64,000 nucleotides of DNA from Antedon mediterranea (Eukaryota; Animalia; Echinodermata): positions 6,448,001-6,512,000 of the forward strand of contig NC_092674.1 in the NCBI RefSeq assembly GCF_964355755.1. The letters are read 5' to 3'. The notes under the pieces were generated by a model. It was not told the origin of the DNA, made no database searches, and worked only from the letters and a program-made list of their open reading frames with translations. The translations under genes were made by a program, and so were the position numbers. Position 1 is the stretch's first letter; each line of letters starts with the position of its first letter. This document shows, in pieces, positions 26,500-37,086 of this stretch.

Positions 26500-29400
26500 A
26501 TGGCCGATCATGAGTTTGATGCCTTGAGAAACTATCTACAAAACAACGTTTATCCTGTAAATTATTCTGAAATATTAAAACGAAGTTTGCGACGGAAAGC
26601 CAAGAACTTTACAATTCTTCGTGATATCTTGTATTACAAACAACATTCTGGTAGATTGTTGCGTGTATTGTTACCGAAAGAAAAAAACGAAGTGTTAAAC
26701 AGTATCCATAAGCAGGCACATGGTGGTCACTTGGGTGTCAACAAAACGTAAGTTTAAAGTTTGTCAATTAAATAATATTTAAGCTTCGATAAGTTTCTGG
26801 GTGACTTTAAAACTGTTTATATGTTTGGCCAGGTGGAATGCCATCCTGAGATGAGTATTAGTAATTAGTACAGCATTGTTTTTAAATGATTTTATACGTA
26901 ATTTTACTTTCTGTGGACCACAGAATTCGAAACAAATGATTAAATGAATGAATTAAATGAATAATAACTAATACTTATCAATTGAAAAATGTATAATGAC
27001 CGTGTACATTATGAAGTTAGTATTTTATATATAGATTCAAACATATTTTTATACCTCCATGAATGAAAAATATGTTAAGTCGATAATAATTTCTACTCAA
27101 TATATTATCGCAATTAATTGTATAAATATATTGAAGTTGAACATAAAATACCACATGTAAAAAATACAAAACATATATTGGCATTCAATAATTAATCAAA
27201 AATGTTCCGAATATGAGCACTGTTTCAATAATTTGACAGATTATTATTATATAATTTACACAGTGCTACACAACGCATATATCTTTAGTTCAAAATTAAG
27301 ATATCTCTTTTAATAAAGATAGATTATTTCAATTGAAAACTAAGATGTCTTACTTTTTAAAAGAAATATCTATGTTAATAGATATTTTTTTGTAGGCTTA
27401 TTACACCTCGAAAAACCAAGAAGAATACAGTACAACTAGCTCTATCTATAATAGTAATGTTTTAGTTTTATAACAGTTCATATACGGTACTCTACACGTG
27501 CCCACTGCATAACTAACACAGAAAAAAATCCACTTGTGATATTCCGAATGGGACAAGAATCTTCCATTCTAAATATCTTGGTAAGTAAGTAATATAGAGA
27601 TATCCCTCATGAGAGATATCTTAGTTTTAAATAGTGATACAAATACTTCCCGAATGAAAACTTATTCAGGTCTTGGTATAATAAATATGTTCAATATTAG
27701 TTGCTCATTCATAATGCAAAAAGCCATATCAGTATTAACTTTCGTTCGTTTAAAATGTATACTTATGAAAGAAAACACAATTTGACAAAAAAAAAGGTAA
27801 GGAAGAAGACTTTTATTATGTAACTTTAAAGTGGATTATTACATTTTTTTTTAGGGAATACTTCTTTAAAAAAAACGCATTTTCAATAACAAAACTAGTT
27901 TCCAATCCCCCGGTAATGGAGTAAAACCACCTGCAGCTTATGTAATGAAAAAAATTAACACCATGTAGAACGATCAACAACGAATGTAGGAACGAAAATT
28001 GCATCCCAGCTAATGTAGGACTATCGCCAGCTAATGTAGAAAATATATATTTTACAAACCTAAATGTCTAAATCATGTGCAAATGCATCTGTTTACTTAG
28101 CTATCCATCTATCCACGTCTCGTAACCGACCAACTTTCTAAAACGACCACACATCGTAAGCAACCAACTCTTTTAAGGGACCGTTTCTCATAATCGACTT
28201 CCTCTCTCGTAACGACAACTTTTTTGGGTGACCACCTCTATTAAACGGCCATCGTCTCTGTTAAGGGATCGCTTCCCATAATCGACCAACTATTGTAAGT
28301 GATCACATCCTCTCATTATGGACCGCTTCTCATAATCGACCACCTCTCGTAGTAAGCGACCACCTCTCTTAACAACCACAACTCTCGTAAGCGACCGCTT
28401 TTTATTTTCGACCGCCTCTCGTAAGTGATGATCTCTTTTAGAAGACCACCATATCTCTAAATGGACCGCTTCTCATAATATACCAACTCTTGTATAAATC
28501 ACCTCTCTTAAGTGACCACTTCTAATAAACGACCTCTCTGTTAGGAGACCGCTTCTCATAATCGATCACATATCGTAAGCGACCACCTCCCTTATCGACC
28601 ACATCTTTCGTAAGTGACCACCTATTTTAAAGGACCACTACCTCTCGCAATCTACCATTGTGGCTCACTAAAAAGTACCCGGTTTCCTTAATAGGGTGTC
28701 CTCTACATTTTAAAAATAAATAAATTTAACCAGTATGTAGTGTTAAAACGTATATATTTCCCCTTGTTTATTTTAAAAAAAAAGTGGCGATTTTTATATC
28801 TACTCTGTCGCACATTCACCAAGCGTACACAATAATTCTAGTAGGACAATTAATTATTTATACTTTTCAAGTTAGTTTTTTATTGCCTGAGTGAATTATT
28901 ACCAGATTGAGGGCGTAGTTATTTTGTATGGGAGGCTGCACTCAATTTGAAGTTTATATGGGGGTATTTAGAATGTAAACACGGTACAATCAGGGAGATG
29001 TAAATCTCCCTGGTACAATGTGACACGGAATCATCACGGACTGATGGACATTTTTCATAGAAGGTATCTTTTCCCTTTTCAATATTCATTTATCATTGTC
29101 AAATAAAAAAACTAGAAACATAGATAAATATTAAAAGTGAATTAATCAGTTGTGCCCAGTGCTTGCCTTAAACGAAAAGTTAAAATATATGGAACGCCAA
29201 ACTGTAATGTTATTATAATGCATTGATGAGAATGGTGATGTGAACTGCGGTAATAAATAATAAATAATATTAAAAAACAAAATAAAATTAAAATATTTAA
29301 AGAATCCATAATACAGTTTTAAGGTCAATAGTAAACCTACAAAGAGATTGAATATCATCAATACAATAAACACATTTTTTTTTTTTTTTAACAGTTGGAA

Positions 29401-32323
29401 AAAGATACGCGAAAGGTATTATTGGAAGGGGTCATTTGATGGTGTTCGTAATTTTATAGCCGCCTGTGATCAGTGCCAACGGAAAGAAGTTTTAAAAAAA
29501 GCAAAAGTGCCACTTCAACCTATACCCGTAACAGATACTGCTTTCAGACAGATCGGTATGGATATTGTTGGGCCTTTGGTAAAGACAGAAAATGGTAAGG
29601 TATCTCATGACAAATTACTGAAAAACAAAAATGCTGTGACTGGATAAAAAAGCTAAATCAAAACGTAAAAGTAAAAAGCAAGAAGACATGAATGAAATAC
29701 GTTCAGAAAACTTTGTAATTCATTCTTCAGGGCCTAAAATTACAGTTAATAATTAGTTCTGTTCGGCCTTTATTGTAATAGGGCTGAACTTAAATTTATT
29801 ATTGTAAAGGCACAAGCGCAATTTCTGTGAGGTTTCTTGAAATTGTTAACTAAACTAAAATTATGACAGTTCTCTTTTTTACACTGTCAACAAAAACTAG
29901 ATTTACCAAGAATCAGATGCTCTTATTATTGTCACCGGATTTACATCGATTATGGCTATACTGTAATAATCTTTATTTCTGCCTGTTTTAATTTGATCCA
30001 AACCATGACTGGGGTAATACTGTTCAGCGCATAGAGGTTTTACAACATTAGGCGCTATGTAAATCCACGATATTATTATTGTTCTTGTTCTTATTATATT
30101 TATTGATATTAATATTGTTATTATTATTGTTATTTCATTCGTACAGTTCGGGTGTTGTACATCTCATCATGACATTTTGACACTACTATTATTACGGCTT
30201 ATTATATTATTATTTGCTGTGTTTCAGGTAATCGGTACTTACTTGTATTTACGGAGTACCTTACCAAATGGGTGGAAGCTGATGCAATTCCAGATAAATC
30301 TGCTAAAACAGTGCTGAGATCTTTTATTGATTTTGTCTGCAGACATGGAACACCTTCTATATTGATTACAGACCAGGGTAGAGAGTTTTGTAATGAGCTG
30401 AATGACAGCTTCTGTAAGCTGATTGGGGTAGACCACAGAGTTGCCTCACCATACCATCCTCAAACAGGCGGGCAAACGGAGCGCTTTAACAGAACACTTT
30501 GCACAATGCTTATGACGTTGACCAACGCAGACCAAAATGACTGGGATATACAACTCCCATACGTGTTGTTTGCCTACAGAACATCCGAGCACAAGTCTAC
30601 GAAATGTGACCCATTCTCATTAGTTTACGGTAGAAAGGCTGTGTTGCCTGTAGAATTACGTATTCCCATCGTTTCGTCTAATAAAGATGACATATCCGGA
30701 ACTGTTCCTTTAAAAATAAGAGTGGACGCTTTTTTGAAACTCAAAGATTCAAGGAGAAAGGCATCAGAAAATATCAAAAAAGCACAGAAAAAGCAAAAAC
30801 ATTATCATGATGCTGGTGTTAAAAGCAACACGTACTATGCAGGAGATCAAGTGCTCTTGCAGAATTCCAGAAATTTGTCAAGAAAGGGAGGCAAACTTAA
30901 TGCTCGATGGACTGGTCCATATATTATAGAAAAAGTCCTCACTCACAATACATATCGACTAAAAGGAAGAAGGGCTATTGTTAACGGAAACAAGATCAGA
31001 CATTACAAGTCCGATAAAACAACCTCTTTGAACTGTCCATCATCAAGCACTAAACAGAAATGTAATACCAATGATAAGCATCTCCCTCCAAAGAAACGAA
31101 AGCGAACGCCAGACATCCCACCTGAAGTAACGCACCATGATAACATACCTACATCCAAGAATGGTGATATCACACCGGATGATCACATTATTAACATACC
31201 TACATCCAAGAATGTTGATGATAACGATAACAGACCTACATCCAAGAATTATGATATCACACCGGATGATCACATTAACATACCTACATCCAAGAACGAT
31301 GATATCACACTGGATAATCACGATAACATACCTACATTAGACAATGATAATGTCGCACCGGATGATGACCATGACAACAGTAGGCCTGTATCTGATAGTG
31401 ATGTGGTATACCTCAACACGAAAACTTCAAGAAAGTTATTCTTTCCTGTCGATGCCAATTGGCAGCTTGAAAAGGCAGCACCATTTGGTATCAATGTCAA
31501 AAATTTTCACAAAACTCACTTAAAATGTGAAATGGACAAGGCAGCCAGGCCTACTAAAGTTGTTAATATGAGAGGGGACGGCAACTGTCTTTTTAGGGCT
31601 TTGAGTTATATTCTCTTTGGTGTCCAGAACTACCATGTAGTTGTACGGGATTACATACTAAACTATATGTCCATGAACAAAAACCTATTTGAAAAAATTG
31701 AATCCAGATCATTTGAACGATACGTGGAAGACACGAGAATGGGGGAATATGGGACATGGGGTTCGGACATCGAAATCATGGCATTTGCGACCATGTCAAA
31801 TACGAATGTTTATGTTTACAGTAAATATGGAAGAAGGAAAGGGCTTCCACATTATGAATGGTTGAAATATGCACCAATAAGTAATCAGTTTGGTGATTTA
31901 GTATCTGAAAGAAACATCTACCTATCAAACTTATGTGCACACTTTGAGCCTGTCCTGGATGTAGACAAGAAAACTTATGACGCTGAATTAAAATACACTC
32001 GTACACCATACGCACCAATCAAAAACCACCTTGCACGGAAATACTGGGATATTGTATCCGATGTGACCCTCAATGCTGCTCTGGTAGATAATTACGAAGA
32101 TGAAGCGGTAATGCGTTCCGAAGGCATTATGGACGTTATATACGTATCTGAATTCACGGACACACATTATGACATTGAAGCAGTCAACCATCTAAAAGAT
32201 GATATCGATCCAAATATATTCAATTTGCTTTGTGACATGGAACATTTCCCGGAAAGGATTCATCAGAGCAACAATGAAGTACCTGGACAATTATATGTTG
32301 ATTCATACAACGTCACTCTTTAA
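26500..32323 (+). CDS. Ginger1 transposase: YPYY motif, HHCC zinc finger, DDE integrase, GPY motif, repeat linker, OTU cysteine protease (847 aa)
   Basis: Exons 26500-26747, 29395-29594, 30228-32323 join in frame (2544 nt). H..H / CDQC; IGMDIVG, ITDQG, QTERFN; WTGPY; PPKKRKR NLS-like; GDGNCLFRA...WGSDIE...HFEPV. Confidence 0.9.
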
Positions 32324-32438
32324 CTGTAGGCCTACCTATGACCGGTAATCTCAACATACACAGAAGCATTAAATGGTGAAAAGGGTATTTGTTTACCTTA
32401 TAGAGGTAAGTTTCGTTAATGCTTTGATTTTTTACAGG

Positions 32439-32718
32439 TGCTTCCGTCAAGAGGAGATTGTCGGCTTTGTCTGAAACTCATCGACGAAGAAATACCAATT
32501 GCATTTGTCGGACCAGAAAGAAGAACATAGATTCACCACAGCGGCTAATTAAAGCGTCACCATCTTTCATTGAATCAACGGAAGACGAATATCTGAGCAT
32601 AAGTACGTCAAAGGCTCAAGGGGTCTAATGGCAGGTAACAACAGATCAAATACAGTGTGTCCAGTGTAAACATGCAATGATGTGTCATGCGCCCTGCTTT
32701 GATCGCTACAAGGATTAA
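32439..32718 (+). pseudogene. Frameshifted Cys-rich (piggyBac CRD/PHD-like) coding remnant
   Basis: After acceptor ttttacag: VLPSRGDCRLC ... RSNTVCPV(C)KHAMMCHAPCFDRYKD*, which needs several frameshifts to read through. Confidence 0.4.
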
Positions 32719-33462
32719 AAAATTAATTAAAAAGCAGATTGTATAAAAGAATAACGCGACTAAAGGTCCGGTAAGGTAAAAGTACGTGAATTAGATTGTA
32801 ACTAGTGTTTATTTTTATTGTATTTTTATGTTTAAAAAACTTTTTCATATTTACAACTCATATGATTCTGTTTCATAATGTTATGCAATTTTCTTCTATA
32901 ATATGTTTTCTTTGGTCAAAGGGGCACATACAAACGTGCAACCTACCCTCGCTATGATCATCAACCTTGACGTGGTAGCGAGGCTTGCGTGCTTCCAATG
33001 TATTGGTAGCCAGACCAATGATGATCAATAACAAAGTAAAATAAATACAAACACACTTACTGAAACAAGTTTTAATAGCAATAAATAAATAAATAAATAA
33101 ATATTTTTCTGTAACTATTGTTCATTATTATTACACTATTATTATTTTATCCTGTTAATATAAGTAATGATCAATGATATATAATTTATGTTTACAAAAC
33201 TCGTTCATATTTACAACTCATTCTGACAAGACAACAACATTTAATATTTTTGTAATTCACAATTCATACATTTATTTGTAATGTATTCATGAATTTGCTT
33301 TTCCTTCATCCAATCTACATAGTAGATATATGAAACTATTGTTCTAACCACGTGACTATGTAGCATAGAACATTAATTCTAAACCGCCCGGTAATATACT
33401 GAAATTTAATTAATTAATTTGAAACGATAAAGATGAGGAAATCTGTGAGAATGAGTTAAAGT

Positions 33463-33534
33463 CGCCCCAACCGAGACTCGAACTCGGACCGCCTGCTTGA
33501 TATGCAGATGTCCTAACCGTTAGACCACTGGGGC
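33463..33534 (-). tRNA. tRNA-like cloverleaf, anticodon ATC (Asp/Glu-class; probably a SINE head or pseudo-tRNA)
   Basis: GCCCCAG TG GTCT AACGGTTA GGAC A TCTGC ATATCAA GCAGG CGGT CCGAG TTCGAGT CTCGG TTGGGGC G; all four stems pair (some G-U). Confidence 0.55.
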
Positions 33535-33728
33535 TTTCACGGTTCGAACTCGATTGGATAGCGACTCTTTAACATTCTCGGCGTGGTACGGCGGAACAGC
33601 ACTAGTCCTCAGTTGTAAACACAACAGGCATAGAAATAAATTCCAAACCGCCCGGTGATACACTGAAAATGATTTAATTAATTTTTGAAACGATAAAGAT
33701 GAGGAAATCTGAGAGAATGAGAAAAAGT

Positions 33729-33800
33729 CGCCCCAACCGAGGCTCGAACTCGGACCGTCGGCTTGATATGCAGTTGCCCTAACCATTAGACCACTGGGGC
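33729..33800 (-). repeat. Second tRNA-like copy within a ~266-bp tandem duplication (33380-33870)
   Basis: Same sequence with a disrupted anticodon stem, followed by TTTTT. Confidence 0.55.
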
Positions 33801-33874
33801 TTTCATGGTATTGTTCTTTAACTCGACCGGATAACGACCCTTTAACATTCTCGGCGTGGTACGGTTGGAACACA

Positions 33875-33919
<45 letters not shown>

Positions 33920-34764
33920 CAGTAACAAGTGTACATTATTGTAAATATAACAAATACATATATATTATATATATATATATATGTATATGTATTTGTTATA
34001 TTTACAATAATGTACACTTGTTACTGAACTATGGAGAATTTTTTTTTTTCGAAATAAAAGAAGAATGAATGAATGAATTTATTTTCAATCTTTCTACATA
34101 ACAACAAATATATAGTATAACAGGGGAGTAGCGGAAAAGCAAAAGTAAAGTAAATTTGAACCAGCCAAACATGTATGAAACATTATCCAGTAAGCACATT
34201 TTATAAGAAGCTTTTGTTTATTAAAATGGGTTTCTCTGAAATTCCAGAAGTTTATTAAACATTGAAAATAACACAATCGCCTTTAAACAAAATGCTGTTC
34301 AAAAAAAGAATCGGTTGAAGCAAGCGTTCTTATAACATCCGATAAAATGAAGGTTCAATAAAGTAGCCCTATTAACAAATGTATGAGGTCTCAGGCCTAT
34401 CCCATATTAATTATTTTTATAGATACATTAATTTTAAGATTCCAGATACCGAATTGTTGTTTTTTTACATAACAAGTCATTTTTTCTTTGAATATAAATT
34501 CTGATTTAAGGACAAAATACTAAAATAAATACTTACACCAAAGGTGCATAAAAACGTGTTGATGTGGCGCTATATCGATGTCATTATCTTTGCATTCACC
34601 CTAGACGCACATAGTGTGACACCCCTACCATATTCTCGATGTGACGATCAATGTACCAATTAACATAATACTTCAGTAAAACTGATTATGTTTTTTCAAG
34701 AGATCAGCTATATCGTGTTGATTATAAAAAGGTGCAACTTTTAATTGATTGGGGATTAAACAAG

Positions 34765-35800
34765 TAAACTATTTATTCTTCTTGTCTTTACTCGTACAAA
34801 ATAATATAACGGTCGCTAATTGGAAGTGTTTAAACTAAAGTGATCTATAATTGGAAGAGGACCCGTACAATTACTTGTTTTTTATCACATGATTATAAAC
34901 TATTTATTCTTTTTGTCTTAACTAGTATTTATTCTTCTTGTCTTTATTCATACAAAATAATATAACGGTCGCTAAATGGAAGTGTCTTAAAGTAAAGTGA
35001 CCTTTAATTGGAAAAGGACCAGTACAATTACTTATTTTTTATCACATGATTAAAATCTATTTATTCTTCTTGTCTGTACTCATACAAAATAATATAACGG
35101 TCGCTAATTGGAAGTGTCTTAAAGTAAAGTGATCTTTAATTGGAAGAGGACCAGTACAATTACTTGTTTTTTATCACATGATTAAAATCTATTTATTCTT
35201 CTTGTCTGTACTCATACAAAATAATATAACGGTCGCTAATTGGAAGTGTTTAAATTAAAGTGATCTTTAATTGGAAGAGGACCAGTACAATTACTTGTTT
35301 TTTATCACATGATTAAAATCTATTTATTCTTCTTGTTTCTATTCATACAAAACAATAATAACGGTCGCTAATTGGAAGTGTTTAAATTTAAGTGATCTTT
35401 AATTGGAAGAGGACCAGTACAATTACTTGTTTTTTATCACATGATTATAAACTATTTATTATTCTTGTCTTTACTCATACAAAATAATAAAACGGTCGCT
35501 AATTGGAAGTGTTTAATTTTAAGTGATCTTTAATTGGAAGAGGACCAGTACAATTACTTGTTTTTTGTCACATGATTAAAAACTATTATTACTCTTGTCT
35601 TTACTCATACAAAACAATAAAAATGGTCGCTAATTGGAAGTGTCTAAACTAAAGTGTTCTTTAATTGGAAGAGGACCAGTATAATTACTTGTTTTTATTA
35701 CATGATTATTATTATATTGTTATTTATTCTTCTTGTCTTTATTCATACCAAATAATATAATGGTCGCTAATTGGAGGTGTTTTAAGCCAAGTTATCTTTG
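34765..35800. repeat. Tandem repeat, ~131-bp unit x8, subterminal in Ginger1
   Basis: ggtcgctaa recurs at 34811, 34967, 35099, 35231, 35363, 35494, 35624, 35762. Confidence 0.9.
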
Positions 35801-37086
35801 AAAAATAAAAACTAGTTTGGCATTATTAACAAATAGTGGTCGTTAAAAAAAGACAAGTGCATGCGCAATCACGATCAAAACCTGAATCTCAAATCTCAAC
35901 CACGGACGGTATTCAATCCAAGGGTCAGACATTATTAAACGCGCCGGACAGCATTAAATTGTTGGAAAACGCCCGCGAACCCGTTGAAACATGCAATTGG
36001 ACATTATCCAATGCTGAAAAGTGTCCACCCGGACACTTTTGAATGATGGACACATTTCAATCTTACACCGGCCAGAGACCGACCGAGCTGAGACTAGCTA
36101 GCTAGTTGTTCTGCTGACCATGTATAGGCTTAGGCTAGGAGGCTAACTCTAGTTAGGCCTAGAATTTGGTTACACATTAGTGGTGCGTCTAGATTTGATT
36201 TCAACGATTGCTAAAACTTCATTTTAAGCATAAATAACAAATTCATATATTTATTATGACTTATTTTAAAGCACAATACAAAAATACTCCACCTTACCAA
36301 TCGTTCCAACAAATCCACAAGATGTTTACTTCTCATACGCCCTCTATGAAATGTGTCTACTATATTAACACTATTAATAAAAAAAATGGGAAACCCAACT
36401 TATAGGGCCCTGGTGGGGATTCCCCGACTGCTAAACAATGTTATTTATTTAATTTATTTAAAACTGAAAAAACAATGCATTTTATAATTGAAATGAAATT
36501 CAGTGAAGTGAAAATACTATTCAGACAAATCATTCAATTACAGCCTCATAGAAATTGAAATCAATAATAGATTTCACAATGATGCAATTATTCATCACAC
36601 AATTGTTTACAGTTTTACTTACAGAGGCCTGTTATGGTTTTTTAATAATAAAATTGCTCATGAGGCCAATTCTCAGCGGTGGTTGGAATCATGCCAGTGT
36701 TATTGTATGTTAACATATAACACACAACACGGTAACATAAGCTTCTCTGTCAATAACAACTTATACAGATCCACTATAATACACTGTCACTATTCATGGT
36801 ATAAATTGGCCTTATAATGCAGGCTAAAAATACTGAGCGCCTTTTATGGAGTATTATAAAGCTTTAAAACGTTATTTTTATTTGAATATAGAACAATGCC
36901 CTTTTTATTAAATAATAAATAAGTAGGATTACGGCGGATGTATGAATAATAGGCCTACGTTCTATAAATAGCATTTGATGGAAATTCCAAAGGTAAAAAA
37001 AGATAGACTTTACAGCATTCGTTGTCGTTTCAGAGATTAGAAATTTGCTTAGAAAGAGATCCAGGCCAGGGGTTGTTTGTTCAAGA

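Larger units (their letters stand above)
22768..36067 (+). mobile_element. Full-length Ginger1 DNA transposon (13.3 kb)
   Basis: Imperfect ~65-70 bp TIRs tgtaagatt(t/g)aaat(c/g)tgtcc...ttttcagcattg at both ends, TGT..ACA termini, CCGG TSD (22764-22767, 36068-36071). Encodes a spliced Gypsy-like integrase plus OTU domain; no RT and no flanking LTR pair. Confidence 0.9.

Noticed and set aside
26500-32323. Gypsy LTR retrotransposon or Polinton
   Set aside because: No RT, RNase H, gag, polB or capsid. TIRs, the CCGG TSD and introns indicate Ginger1.
33520-34068. 165-aa and 70-aa ORFs
   Set aside because: They run through an (AT)n microsatellite and the tRNA-like duplication.
34765-35800. Regular repeats as a possible CRISPR array (also 49543-50062 and 55380-56082)
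   Set aside because: Whole units repeat with no unique spacers; no cas genes; eukaryotic context.
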